The notes beneath the pieces are model-generated. The model was not told the origin of the DNA. It worked only from the letters and a program-made list of their open reading frames with translations, and ran no database searches. This document shows, one piece after another, positions 1 to 10,652 of a DNA stretch of 64,000 bases. Each line of letters begins with the position of its first letter. The first letter of the stretch is position 1. Position numbers and translations under genes: made by a program. Source of the DNA: an uncultured Alphaproteobacteria bacterium (lineage in GTDB: Bacteria > Pseudomonadota > Alphaproteobacteria > Rhizobiales > Xanthobacteraceae); the NCBI GenBank assembly GCA_963830995.1, contig CAWHOK010000001.1, positions 111,689 to 175,688 of the forward strand. Reading direction: 5' to 3'.

Positions 1-541
1 TCACATCGTGAATTATTACACCAACAAGACGAAGAGCGAGATCTACTTCGTCACCAGCGTGCCTGAGCCGGCCGAGTGGCTGACGCGCGAGTCGTGGTCG
101 GCGAAAGGCGACATCAAGGAATTGCGCGCGGCTTACGAGGACTTTCATTCCGACGTCGTGGATATGCTCGCCGCCTGCCCGGATTGCCATAAATGGGCGA
201 TTCTCGAACGCGAGCCGCTGCCGCGCTGGAGCGATGGCCGTGTGGTGTTGCTCGGTGACTGCGCACATCCAATGACGCCTTACATGGCGCAGGGTGCGGC
301 GACTTCGATCGAAGACGCCGCAGTACTGGCGCGTTGCCTCGACGAGGTCCAAGGCGAAGATATCGAGGGCGCGTTCCGGCGCTACGAGGCGCACCGTAAG
401 CCGCGGACCTCGCTAGTGCAGGCGATCTCCAGCGCCAATACCTGGATGAAGGAAGGCGCGTCTGACACGAGTTGGCTGTATGGTTATGACGCTTGGAATG
501 CAGCGCTCGACGCGCCGGCCGCGCACGCACCAGCCGCGTAA
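1..541 (+). CDS. FAD-dependent monooxygenase (salicylate hydroxylase / 6-hydroxynicotinate 3-monooxygenase-like), 5' truncated by window edge
   Basis: C-terminal motif GRVVLLGDCAHPMTPYMAQGAATSIEDA of class A flavoprotein monooxygenases. Confidence 0.8.
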   Translation, partial: HIVNYYTNKTKSEIYFVTSVPEPAEWLTRESWSAKGDIKELRAAYEDFHSDVVDMLAACPDCHKWAILEREPLPRWSDGRVVLLGDCAHPMTPYMAQGAATSIEDAAVLARCLDEVQGEDIEGAFRRYEAHRKPRTSLVQAISSANTWMKEGASDTSWLYGYDAWNAALDAPAAHAPAA

Positions 542-542
542 G

Positions 543-1727
543 TCAGGGTCCTTCGTAGAGCCAAGCCATGCTGTTCTGCGCGTCCGCGACGCTGCGGGAC
601 GACAGCATCTGGTCGCGCAGCTCGGCGCTCGGCCCGCGCGCGTGATAAAATTCGCCATAGACCCGCGCCATGATCTGTACCCGAGCGGTGCGCAGGTAAC
701 GCGCCTGCTGATAGGCGTGCAGCGCCTCCGGAATATCGTCAGGGGACGCGGCCACCATTTCGGCAAGGCACACCGCGTCCTCGGTCGCCATGCAGGCGCC
801 TTGCGCCAGATATTGCAACATTGGATGCGCCGCGTCGCCGAGCAGCGCCACGCGGCCCTTGACCCAGTTCTTCACCGGCTCGCGGTCACACAGCACCCAC
901 ATGCGCCAAGTCTCGATGCGCTCCAGCATGCGCAGCACCTCAGGCCGTTGACCGGTGAAATGCTTCCACAGCAGCTCTTTGCTGCCCTCGGCGTTCCAGC
1001 CTTCCTCGTAATGGTCGGAGTGAAACACCGCGACCAAATTGTAGAGTTCGCCGCGCCGCAGCGGGTAATGCACGAAATGGGTGCGCGGCCCCGCCCACAG
1101 CACAATGTCAGGCCGCCACAGATCCTTCGGCACCTGATCGCGCTTGAGCACTGCGCGATAGGCGATATGACCGGACACCCGTGGCTTTCCGTCGCCGACG
1201 ATACGTTCGCGGATTTGCGACCACATGCCGTCACAGCCGATCAGCGCACGGCCTTCCGCGCGTTCGCCGTCGGCGAGCGTGACGCTGATGTGATCACCGT
1301 GGTCTTCGTAGCCGGTGACCTGCCGGTTGTTCTCCAACGTCACCAGATTGCTACCCTGACACGCGCGCAGGAACACGCCGTGAATATCGGCGCGATGCGT
1401 GACCGCATAGGGCTGCTTGAAGCGTTCCAGCGCCTGCTCGCCGAGCGGCATCTGAGTTATCAGTTTGCCAGTCAGGGCATCGCGCATTTCCATGCCGGTC
1501 GGGGTGTGGGCGTCCGCCAGCACGGCATCCTTCAACCCGATTTTCTCCAGCGCGCGAAAAATATTGGGGCCAAGCTGAATGCCGGCGCCGACTTCGCGGA
1601 ATTCCGGCGATTGCTCGAGGACGCGTATCGGCACGCCTTGCCGGGCGAGCGCATAGGCGGTGGCAAGCCCACCGATCCCGCCGCCGGCGAGAATGATCGG
1701 CCGCGTTTCGCCATTCCGGGAAACCAT
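543..1727 (-). CDS. FAD-dependent monooxygenase, 3-hydroxybenzoate 6-monooxygenase-like
   Basis: GGGIGG Rossmann motif, GAGIQLGPN, DG motif (GCDGMWS), GDAAHPMLQYLAQGACMA. Confidence 0.8.
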   Translation of the reverse strand: MVSRNGETRPIILAGGGIGGLATAYALARQGVPIRVLEQSPEFREVGAGIQLGPNIFRALEKIGLKDAVLADAHTPTGMEMRDALTGKLITQMPLGEQALERFKQPYAVTHRADIHGVFLRACQGSNLVTLENNRQVTGYEDHGDHISVTLADGERAEGRALIGCDGMWSQIRERIVGDGKPRVSGHIAYRAVLKRDQVPKDLWRPDIVLWAGPRTHFVHYPLRRGELYNLVAVFHSDHYEEGWNAEGSKELLWKHFTGQRPEVLRMLERIETWRMWVLCDREPVKNWVKGRVALLGDAAHPMLQYLAQGACMATEDAVCLAEMVAASPDDIPEALHAYQQARYLRTARVQIMARVYGEFYHARGPSAELRDQMLSSRSVADAQNSMAWLYEGP

Positions 1728-1811
1728 GGATATTCCTTAAGCCGCTTAGAGGCGGCTGCAGACTAGAATCCGAGGCGCGCGCCGCCAAGCCAGATATGCG
1801 AGTTGTCAAAG

Positions 1812-1839
1812 AAAAACCCGCCGGTAATGAACCGGCGGG
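1812..1839 (-). terminator. Rho-independent terminator downstream of CHRD gene
   Basis: CCCGCCGGT-AATGA-ACCGGCGGG stem with A-run on + strand (U-tract on -). Confidence 0.75.
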
Positions 1840-1863
1840 CTGCGACTGTACTTGCGTTGAAGT

Positions 1864-2292
1864 TTACTTGGTCATCTGGCCGCGAATTTCGCCGCCTTTA
1901 TTGTTGGCAGTGTGCACGTTGACGTACCACTTGCCGGCCATCAGGTCGGCAGCTTGCTCGTCGGTCAGCGTAGCCGATCCTTCGAACGGGCTGGCGTTCG
2001 GGCTAATCGGTACGGCAACCCCGCCGTTTTTGCCAGGCTCGCCGGCATGGAAATGTGCGGCGGTGGCCGGTCCGGTCAGGTCCTTATAGGTGCCTTTCCA
2101 CGACAGCTTCTTGCTGGCGGTGTCGAATGTCGCGGTGACCGCACCGCTGCCTTTGCTGTCGGTCGGCGGCACTTCGCTCGCGGCTTTGAGATCGGCTTTC
2201 ATGTTGACCATGGCGGCCATGGCCGGAGATGCAACGGCCAGCGCGGTAGCGCAGGCGAGGGCGGTCACGGTAGACCGGAATAAAGACGTCAT
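1864..2292 (-). CDS. Secreted CHRD domain protein
   Basis: Signal peptide, TAAHFH and WYVNVHT..N.GGEIRGQ motifs; AGGAG RBS. Confidence 0.9.
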   Translation of the reverse strand: MTSLFRSTVTALACATALAVASPAMAAMVNMKADLKAASEVPPTDSKGSGAVTATFDTASKKLSWKGTYKDLTGPATAAHFHAGEPGKNGGVAVPISPNASPFEGSATLTDEQAADLMAGKWYVNVHTANNKGGEIRGQMTK

Positions 2293-2375
2293 CGGGGCTC
2301 CTCCTTTGAAATGGGCTGTGGGCCAGCCTCATCGCGCAAACACCGTACCGCCGCGGCTATTCCGCCGCAATTCGG

Positions 2376-2573
2376 CTAATGCGAAACTTCGATAAAGGTG
2401 CGCGATTCCTGCCCGCAGGCATCGCAGGTCCAGTAGTGCTGGATGGTGCCGCCCTCGATGAATTCGGTGACTTCCGGTGCGATAAGCGCCTCGCCGCAAT
2501 GCGGACAACGCTGATGTGACGCAAAATAACGCGAAAAGGCGGAGAACCCGGTTTGTTCGGTCGTGAGCCGCAT
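2376..2573 (-). CDS. Small zinc-ribbon protein (65 aa)
   Basis: CPHC...CDAC pairs; AGAGGAG RBS before ATG at 2573. Confidence 0.7.
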   Translation of the reverse strand: MRLTTEQTGFSAFSRYFASHQRCPHCGEALIAPEVTEFIEGGTIQHYWTCDACGQESRTFIEVSH

Positions 2574-2722
2574 GATCGTCTCCTCTTTCTCGGTCGCCCC
2601 CATGACGCGATGCGTAAGCGCCCATCGTGGCACCCGAAAGACCAATTGATGAAACTGCGGTGACGATAAAGCGGACGGCGGGCCGCAATCGTTAAGGCCG
2701 GCGATAGGCGGCAGATGATTTG

Positions 2723-2798
2723 TGGTGAGCGCGCTGGGACTCGAACCCAGGACCTACTGATTAAAAGTCAGTTGCTCTACCGCCTGAGCTACGCGCTC
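2723..2798 (-). tRNA. tRNA-Lys(UUU)
   Basis: Reverse complement GAGCGCGTAGCTCAG...CTGACTTTTAATCAG...GGTTCGAGTCCCAGCGCGCTCACCA; 76-nt cloverleaf with encoded CCA. Confidence 0.97.
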
Positions 2799-2909
2799 TT
2801 ACCCGCGCGCTGTGTAGGGGCGGCACCCCGCGGGGTCAATAGGCGCAATAGGCACCTTGCCGTGTTGTTGAATTTGCGAGACGCTAACTCATTGCATCGA
2901 GGAACTGGA

Positions 2910-4076
2910 ATGCCGATCGTCAATCGCGTCGCCGATTTTCACAACGACATCACGCAGTGGCGGCGCGACCTGCACGCCCATCCGGAGCTGCAATACGACG
3001 TGCATCGCACCGCCGCGACGGTCGCCGAAAAGCTCAAGTCATTCGGCTGCGACGAAGTGGTGCCCGGCATCGGCCGTACCGGCGTGGTCGGCGTCATCCG
3101 CGGCCGCAAAGGCCGGCTCAGAGGTGATCGGGCTGCGCGCCGACATGGACGCGCTGCCGATCGAGGAGGAGACACGGGTCTGCCTACAAATCGACCGTGC
3201 CGGGCAAGATGCATGCCTGCGGCCATGACGGCCACACCGCGATGCTGCTCGGCGCCGCGCGCTATCTTGCCGAGACGCGCAATTTCGCCGGCACCGCGGT
3301 GGTGATCTTCCAGCCCGCCGAAGAAGGCGGCGCCGGCGCCAAGGCGATGCTCGATGACGGCATGATCGACCGCTTCGGCATCGACGAGGTTTCGGCATGC
3401 ACAATTATCCCGGCATGCCGGTCGGCAGTTTCGGCATCCGGCCGGGCCCGACCATGGCGGCGGCGGATTTCGTCATCATCGACATCGAAGGCCGCGGCGG
3501 CCACGCGGCGCGTCCGCACATCGCGGTCGATGCGGTGCTCGTCGGCGCGCAGATCATCACCAACATCCAATCGATCGTGTCGCGCAATGTCGATCCGCTC
3601 AAGTCTGCGGTGGTCTCGATCTGCATGTTCCGGGCCGGCAATACCGACAATGTCCTGCCGCAAACCGTCCAGTTGCGCGGCACCGCGCGCAGCTTCGATC
3701 CCGACGTGCGCGACCTGGTCGAGAAGCGGCTCAATGAGGTGGTCGAGGGCACGGCGATCGGCGCTCGGCGCCAAGGCGAAGCTGACCTACAGGCGCAATT
3801 ATCCGGTGCTGTCGAACCACCCGAAGGAAACCGACTTCGCCGCCTCGATCGCCAAGGAGATGGCCGGCGACGCACAGGTCGACACCGACCTGCCGCCGAT
3901 GATGGGCGCGGAGGATTTTTCCTTCATGCTCAACGCAAAGCCCGGCGCCTTCATCTGGATCGGCAACGGCGACAGCGCCGGCCTGCATCACCCGGCGTAC
4001 AATTTCAACGACGACGGCGATCCCGTTCGGGACGTCGTATTGGGTCAGGCTGGTGGAAAAGGCGCTGCCGGCCTAA
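2910..4076 (+). CDS. M20 family amidohydrolase (hippurate hydrolase-like); split by several 1-nt frameshifts
   Basis: [42 protein letters not shown] motifs spread over several frames. Confidence 0.85.
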
Positions 4077-4082
4077 CTCGCG

Positions 4083-6748
4083 TTACGGAACCAGTTCGCG
4101 CTGCTCGCGTTGGCGGGCGCACGGCGCCGACAGCCGGCACCTTGGCGACCGCGGCGCGCTGCGGCAGCAATTCGGCGAGCTTGGCATCGAGCGCGCGCCA
4201 GGTCGCGAACTCATTGAGCCGCGTGCGTTCGACCACCGCCAGTCCGACTGCGGCAATGAACGGCACGCTCTGGATCAGCAGCACGACCGCGAAAATATTG
4301 ATCTCGCGGATTTCCTTGATGTTGGTCTGCACCAGCACGATGGCGCCGAGGATCAACAAGGCTGGCGAGAACAGCCTCCCATAACGCGCGGAAATCGCTG
4401 ACGCGACGCATGCCGCCTTTCGATGTGCGCGTGAAGGGCAGGTGATCCTTGATCAAGCCGTGTCCGACCGCGCGCGCGACGGTCCATTGCACCGACATCG
4501 CGGCAAATACCGCGCCGAACAGATGGCGGGCCGGGATCTTCACCCGCAGGCGATACAGGGTCAAAAAGTGCGCCACCGAAACGATGAAGCTGGCGATGAT
4601 CGGCAGCGTCAGAATCTTGTCCGGCACCGCGATGTCGAGGAAGGCGACGACCGGCACCCAGAGGATATTGAGCATCGCGACGACGACGCCGAGGCTTTCG
4701 GCGCCCAGCCAATTGAGCCAGCCGAGCGCGAATTCGCGCTTCTGATCGCGGGTCAGCCGGCTCGCGCCCGGCAGGAAGCGGCGCCAGTGCTTCTTCACGA
4801 TCTGGAAGCCGCCATAAGCCCAGCGGTGACGCTGCTTCTTGTAGGCTTCGAAGCTGTCGGGCAGCAGGCCGTGGCCGTAGCGCTTGTTGGTGTAATGCGC
4901 CTGCCAGCCCAGCTCGAGGATCGAGAGGCCGAGATCGGTGTCTTCGCAAATGGTGTCGCTCGACCAGCCGCCGGCGGCGTCGAGCGCGGCGCGGCGAATA
5001 AGGCACATGGTGCCGTGCACGATGATGGCGTTGAATTCGTTCCGCTGCACCATGCCGATGTCGAAGAAGCCGGCGTATTCGGCATTCATGGCGTGATGCA
5101 TCAGGCTGCGGGCGCCGTCGCGATGATCCTGCGGCGCCTGGACCAGGCCGACAGTCAGGATCGGCGAATAACGGCGTCAGGTCTTTGAGCCAGTCCGGCT
5201 GCGACGACATAGTCGGCGTCGATAACGCCGATCACTTCGGCGTCCGGCGCGGTATGCGACAGCGCCAGCCGCAGCGCGCCGGCCTTGTAGCCTGCCAGGT
5301 TTTCGGCGTTGAGGAATTTGAAGCGCTCGCCGAGCGTCGCGGCAGTGCTCTTCGATCGGCCGCCACAAGGCGGGATCGGGCGTGTTGTTGACGACCACAA
5401 TGCATTCGAAATTCGGATAATCGAGCCGCGACACCGCATCGAGCGTCTGGCGCAGCATTTCCGGCGGCTCGTTATAGCGCGGGTACGTGGATCGAAACTT
5501 TCGGCGCAAAACCTTCCGGCGCCAGCGGCGGCGAACTGATCAGCCGGAGCGGCTTGCGGCCGAATGCGATCGCCGCGATTTCCTCGATGCGCGCTAGCGC
5601 GATGATGACAAGCGGGATCAGCAGAACGCTGCCAAGGCCAAGCGCCAATGCCGCGCCGACGACAAAGTAATGTCCGTTCCAGTATCCGAACATGACCGCG
5701 AGCCAGGCGCCGACGCCATTGGCGCGACCGGCAAGCAGTAAGGCCTGTCGCGACACTGGCGCGGCTCATGGACAAGGATCGGCAGGGACAGCAGAAGGCC
5801 AAGCAGCAGCGCAACGCCGGCAAGCTTCCAGTGGTCGGGATCGGTCAGGCTGCCCGACCATGCGAACTTGGGTTGGCGCGATGCGTCGAACAGACCCCAG
5901 TAAGGACCGACGCCGCCTTCATTGATCTTCCACGGCTGATCGATCGCTTCGACGATGTTGTAGTCGATGCCGTAAGTTTCGGCCTTGGTCGCGAACTCGC
6001 GCAGCACCTTGGCCTGCTCGAATGCGACCGGGATTGGCGTTCTTGAGATTGTAGCCCGCGCTCGGCCAGCCGAATTCGGCGATCACGATGCGCTTGCCGG
6101 GATAGGCCTGGCGCAACTTGTCGTAGATCAAGATGGCTTGATCGACCGCCTGATTTTCCGGGAAGCCTTCCCAGTACGGCAGGATGTGCGCGGCAATGTA
6201 GTCGACGGCCGACACCAGTTCAGGATGTTCCATCCAGACGTTCCAGATTTCACCGGTCGTGACCGGCACGCTGACCGACCGCTTGACGCGCTGAATCATC
6301 TGGACGAGGTCGTCGACCTTTTGGTCGCCACGATAAATCGTTTCGTTGCCGACGATGACGCTGTTGACGTTGCTATGCCGCTTGGCGAGGTCGATGGCCG
6401 AGCGGATTTCGCGCTCGTTGCGGTCCTTGTTCTTGTCGATCCAGGCGCCGACCGAAACGCGCAGGCCGAATTCATTGGCGATCCCGGCGACCTGTTCGAC
6501 ACCGCCGGTCGACGAATACGTTCGCAGTGCGCGCGTCAGTGGCGCCAGCAACCGCAGGTCGTTTCGGATTTGATCAGCTTGCGGGCGGTCGCCCGACGTC
6601 GGGATTGGCCGACTTCGCATAGGGCGCGTAGGACACGCTGGCCAATTGATTATTGAAGTCGAGAGCCTTGGTTTGCTCCCGCGTCAATGCCCACAAGCCC
6701 GGCATGCACGCACGCCACAAGGGCGATTACGGCAGCAACGGAGCGCAT
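4083..6748 (-). CDS. ndvB: GH17 + GT2 membrane glucosyltransferase, cyclic beta-glucan synthase NdvB-like; frameshifted in this assembly
   Basis: GH17 motifs VGNE / AHILPYWE / AEFGWPS; GT2 motifs YNEP, KAGAL, IDADY, TICED, QRHRW. Confidence 0.8.
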
Positions 6749-6934
6749 ACTCACAACCACTTGGGGCAGGACTTCAGAACCCCGAACCCGTCCCCTGGGC
6801 TCGACCGATGCTTTACTCTGCGGCAGTGCAGCGTAACTCGGCTTAAGGTGTTGACTCAAGTAGGAAACGGACATGGCAAATCCGAGGCACAGACATACCG
6901 ATTGAAAAAAATTCGCCCTCGTGGACCAACGTCG

Positions 6935-7425
6935 TTAACGGGCGGGGGTTCCGTTGGTGGGAGCCGGGACCTGCGCGGCAACCGGCGGCGGTCGGCGGCA
7001 ACGTCGGGTCGATCCAGCACGCGTGCACCCGGCCGTTGAGGCTGTCCTGGGCCTTCGGATCGATGTTTCCCTGCTTCACTAAGCAGCGGAAGGTCGCCTG
7101 GATATGGCCGCTCGGGCAGCCGAAGCGGTCGTAGAGATCGAGGTGGCGAAAGGCAGTGTCCAGATCGTCCCGCCAAAGCAGGCTAACGACGCGACGGCCG
7201 AGCCAAACGCACTCGGGATTCCCGGCCGGACCGGTCAAAAGACGGGCGGCCTCGGCAATTTCATCGATCTTCTTCTGGGTTTCCTTGGCGGCATCGGCCG
7301 GCGATTTCTGCTCGGGAGGCTTCTGCTCGCCGGATCTGCGCGAATACAGATGCATTGGTGGCACAGAGCAAAATCGCCCCGCCCACCAAAGCGCTCAAGC
7401 TACGCGAACTGAAATACCGCATCAT
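6935..7425 (-). CDS. Secreted beta-glucan biosynthesis accessory protein (NdvD-like); frameshifted near both ends
   Basis: Signal peptide MMRYFSSRSLSALVGGAILLCATNASVFAQ in an alternate frame; core PECVWLGRRVVSLLWRDDLDTAFRHLDLYDRFGCP; lies between ndvB- and ndvC-like genes. Confidence 0.6.
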
Positions 7426-7660
7426 TCTGCTGGATTTTGCCGCCGCGCCAAAACCGAACGCCTCGTTTGAAGGTCGATTAGGTCAGTAATACGGCGTCCT
7501 GTCGTCACTCCGCTGCCCGGCGATGTGGCCCCAACTGTCCAGTTTTGTCCAGCACGAGACGCCGGAATGCTAAACGGCCGGCCGGAGCGTTCCGCGACCT
7601 TGGCAGGTTACGGGGCGCGGGATAAGCCGGACGTTACGTTATTCCGGGCTCGAGGCGGCG

Positions 7661-9253
7661 ATGCGGCTCGTTCTTGCACTTTTCGCGGTCTCAGCCGCCG
7701 TTATTGCCGGCGTCTGGGCCTGGCTTGGTAAACCGGTTTCGATACCGGCGGCTCCGCTGGTGACCGGCAAACTCTACTGCGTTTCCTATGCGCCGTTTCG
7801 CGGCAGCCAAACGCCGCTCGACCCCGCGACACATATCGAACCGGCCCAGATCGAGGCCGACCTGACGAAACTCTCCCGACTGACCGATTGCGTCCGGACC
7901 TATTCGGTCGATTTCGGGCTTGAACGGATCGTCGAGATCGCCGGCCGCCACGGTATGCAGGTGATTCAAGGGCTTTGGCTATCCAGCGACGCGGAAAAGA
8001 ACCACATCCAGATTGAGACCGCAGTGGCACTCGCCAACCGGTTTCCCAGCGCGATCCGCGCAATGGTGGTCGGCAACGAAGTGCTGCTGCGCGGCGAAAT
8101 GTCGGCGGAGACGCTGGCGCAGACCATTCGCGCGGTAAAGGCGCGGGTGCCGGTGCCAGTCACCTACGCCGATGTGTGGGAATTTCTGTTGCGCAATCCC
8201 GATGTCGCGGCGGCGACCGACTTCATCACCATCCACATTCTGCCGTATTGGGAGGACTTCCCGATCGCCGTGCAGAATGCCGGCGCGCATGTCGATGCGA
8301 TCCGCGCCCGCGTCGCAGCCGCGATCGTTGGGAAGGATATTCTGATCGGCGAATTCGGTTGGCCGAGCGCCGGGCGAATGCGGGAAGGCGCGCTGCCGTC
8401 GCCCGCCAATCAGGCCAGCGTGATCCAGGATGTGTTGGCGCGAGCGCGGCAAGGAAATTATCGCGTCAATATTATCGAGGCGTTCGATCAACCCTGGAAG
8501 CGCGCGCTGGAAGGCACCGTCGGCGGTCATTGGGGTTTGTTCGACAACAAAAATCGTGAACAAAAATTCCGTTGGGGTGAGGGAGTTTCGAACCATCCGA
8601 ACTGGCTGTGGCAGGCCGCTGGCGGACTTATGTTTGCGGCTTTTATTTTCGGCGTGGCGGCGCGCGCGCGCCAACGTGAGATCGCGTTGCGCGATTGGCT
8701 AGCGGTTGCTGCCAGCGCCAGCCTTGGCGGAATTTTCATTGGCTGGACGATTGAGAATATTCCAATCGAAAGTCTCGGGCCCGGCGGCTGGAGTCGCTCG
8801 CTGGCGATTGCCGCGACTGCGTTGCTGGCGCCGCCGCTCGCGGTCGCCGCACTCACCTCTGGCATGACGATACCAAGCTTTGCCGCCATTCTCGGACCGG
8901 CCGGACAACGCACGCGCGATCCGCTCGCGCGCTCTTACGGTGTCGTGCTGATCGCACTTACGGTGCTGGCAATCATGGTGGCGCTCGGTCTGGTGTTCGA
9001 TCCGCGCTACCGGGATTTTCCGTTCGCGCCCTTTACGGCGGCCGTTGCCCCGTTCGCCTTGCAGCGCTTGTTGGCCGTGTCGGCGCGCGGTGTGCGGGAG
9101 GTTGCGGAAATGATCGCCGCCGTTCTGCTGGCGGGCGCCGCGGTCTACATCGCAATCAATGAAACCTGGGCGAATTGGCAGTCACTATGGCTGTGCGCCA
9201 CGTTGCTGGCGCTGGCGGCTACTCTGGCTCGGGCGCGCGCCGCGCAAAACTGA
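7661..9253 (+). CDS. ndvC: GH17 membrane protein, beta-(1-6) glucan synthase NdvC-like
   Basis: CVSYAPFR, VGNEVLLRGE, HILPYWED, GEFGWPS, EAFDQPWK; C-terminal TM helices with FDPRYRDFP. Confidence 0.75.
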   Translation: MRLVLALFAVSAAVIAGVWAWLGKPVSIPAAPLVTGKLYCVSYAPFRGSQTPLDPATHIEPAQIEADLTKLSRLTDCVRTYSVDFGLERIVEIAGRHGMQVIQGLWLSSDAEKNHIQIETAVALANRFPSAIRAMVVGNEVLLRGEMSAETLAQTIRAVKARVPVPVTYADVWEFLLRNPDVAAATDFITIHILPYWEDFPIAVQNAGAHVDAIRARVAAAIVGKDILIGEFGWPSAGRMREGALPSPANQASVIQDVLARARQGNYRVNIIEAFDQPWKRALEGTVGGHWGLFDNKNREQKFRWGEGVSNHPNWLWQAAGGLMFAAFIFGVAARARQREIALRDWLAVAASASLGGIFIGWTIENIPIESLGPGGWSRSLAIAATALLAPPLAVAALTSGMTIPSFAAILGPAGQRTRDPLARSYGVVLIALTVLAIMVALGLVFDPRYRDFPFAPFTAAVAPFALQRLLAVSARGVREVAEMIAAVLLAGAAVYIAINETWANWQSLWLCATLLALAATLARARAAQN

Positions 9254-9593
9254 CGACCAGCAGCCCGACCGCCAAAGCCGACAGCGCAACATTGTAAAGT
9301 ACGATGCCGAACCCGGCGGCGGCGAGCGCGACGGCAAAAAACACCAAAGAGGGCCGCAGTAAATTAAGTATCGCAGCAATCATCGCGATGGCGCCGAATA
9401 CCGAATAAGTGAACAGCGCAATCGCAATCCGGCGAGAGAAACACAGCCAGGTGTTGAGGCCGGCTTCACAAGCGAGCCCGACCGACGAAAGCTCGATCAC
9501 CAGGTAGCGCAGATAGAGCGCATAACCGAGCGAGCAAAAGCCGACGATCAGAAGCCCGTTGGTCGCCCGCGCGCTCGGCAGGAAGAGCTTCAT
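9219..9593 (-). CDS. Hypothetical membrane protein
   Basis: Hydrophobic 124-aa ORF starting MKLFLPSAR after GGAG. Confidence 0.65.
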   Translation of the reverse strand: MKLFLPSARATNGLLIVGFCSLGYALYLRYLVIELSSVGLACEAGLNTWLCFSRRIAIALFTYSVFGAIAMIAAILNLLRPSLVFFAVALAAAGFGIVLYNVALSALAVGLLVVSFARRAPEPE

Positions 9594-9616
9594 GGCGCCG
9601 GCTCCGTCAGCGGCAA

Positions 9617-10558
9617 TCAGAGCAATGCCGCGCTTTGGGCATTGAACGTGGTCGGCCGGCAATTGGCGCGCGCCGCGATCAGCCGGGCGCACAACTGTCC
9701 GGCGGCAGTGCCATTAGGCAGTGGGCCGAGTATCAAGCGATAGTCCGGAACGCCGGATTTGCGCTGCCGCATGGTCATCATGACGTGAAGCTCGCCGACA
9801 TAGGGTCCGAAACTGGATTTCATGGCCGCCCAATGTGCGCGCAACGCCTCCGGCGTCGAAGCACCGCCGATATCGACACCGATCTCGGGCTTTGGCGGCG
9901 CTTGCTCGGATTCAGGCGCCGGCGGCGGCAGGCTGGCAATTCGTTCGGGCGGCAGCGGAACCGGGTCCGGTATCGCAGCTGCGGCAGGAATGTTGGCCTG
10001 CGCGGGGGCTTGCGTCGCCGGGGCACTGATCGCGGGAGGCGGTGCCGGTGGTGCGCTCGCTTCCAGAGCCGGTGCGGCAGCGGCTGGCGGTTGTTTTGCC
10101 GCCGGCAGAGTGGCTTGAGCTTTTTCGCGGCTCGCCAGTTCGGCGGCCTGGCGCTTGACCGAGCCGGTGACGTCTTCAAGCGTATGTTCGAGCGCGGCCA
10201 GACGCGCACCGAGCCGGTCGCGGTCAGCGGCAAGCAGACGCAGATTTTCGGTAAGCTTCTGCACTTCGGCCGTGTTCTGCGGTGACGCTGTGGCTTGCGG
10301 CGGCGTTGGCGGAATTTGCGCAACGGCGACGACGGGCGGTGTCGGCTCGATAACGGTGTTGATGGCAACGTGGAGACGTTGCGCGCCGCTCTCGCTGCCG
10401 GCCACCAGCGTCAGGACGAAAATCGCACTCATGGCGCCGGCGCCCCAGCACGACAGCCGCCACAACGGTGTTTTGTCACGGCGCTGTCTGATCGGCACAG
10501 ATGTGTTTGCCGGTGCACTCGGCATGCCGGTCTCCTTGCGGCGAATCATTGAAAACAT
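9617..10558 (-). CDS. Membrane-anchored coiled-coil, Pro/Ala-linker protein with SPOR-like C-terminus
   Basis: TM segment, coiled coil, low-complexity linker, C-terminal [12 protein letters not shown] motif. Confidence 0.6.
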   Translation of the reverse strand: MFSMIRRKETGMPSAPANTSVPIRQRRDKTPLWRLSCWGAGAMSAIFVLTLVAGSESGAQRLHVAINTVIEPTPPVVAVAQIPPTPPQATASPQNTAEVQKLTENLRLLAADRDRLGARLAALEHTLEDVTGSVKRQAAELASREKAQATLPAAKQPPAAAAPALEASAPPAPPPAISAPATQAPAQANIPAAAAIPDPVPLPPERIASLPPPAPESEQAPPKPEIGVDIGGASTPEALRAHWAAMKSSFGPYVGELHVMMTMRQRKSGVPDYRLILGPLPNGTAAGQLCARLIAARANCRPTTFNAQSAALL

Positions 10559-10652
10559 TAGCAGAATCCAGCGATCCCCGCTTTGTGGCGGATCACGGCC
10601 GGTCTTTTGCTCTCAGCCGTGCTCGGTTATGAGACGCGCTATGAGACGCGCT

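Noticed and set aside
480-1766. Long antisense ORFs here and elsewhere (e.g. 13255-14694, 45608-46798, 60581-61912)
   Set aside because: Shadow frames of well-supported genes in high-GC DNA, with no recognisable motifs
2723-2798. tRNA-Lys as an island integration site
   Set aside because: No integrase, duplicated 3' end or compositional shift nearby in the window
9617-10558. Pro/Ala-rich repeats here and in the IalB-family gene as DNA repeat elements
   Set aside because: Low-complexity protein linkers without exact nucleotide periodicity
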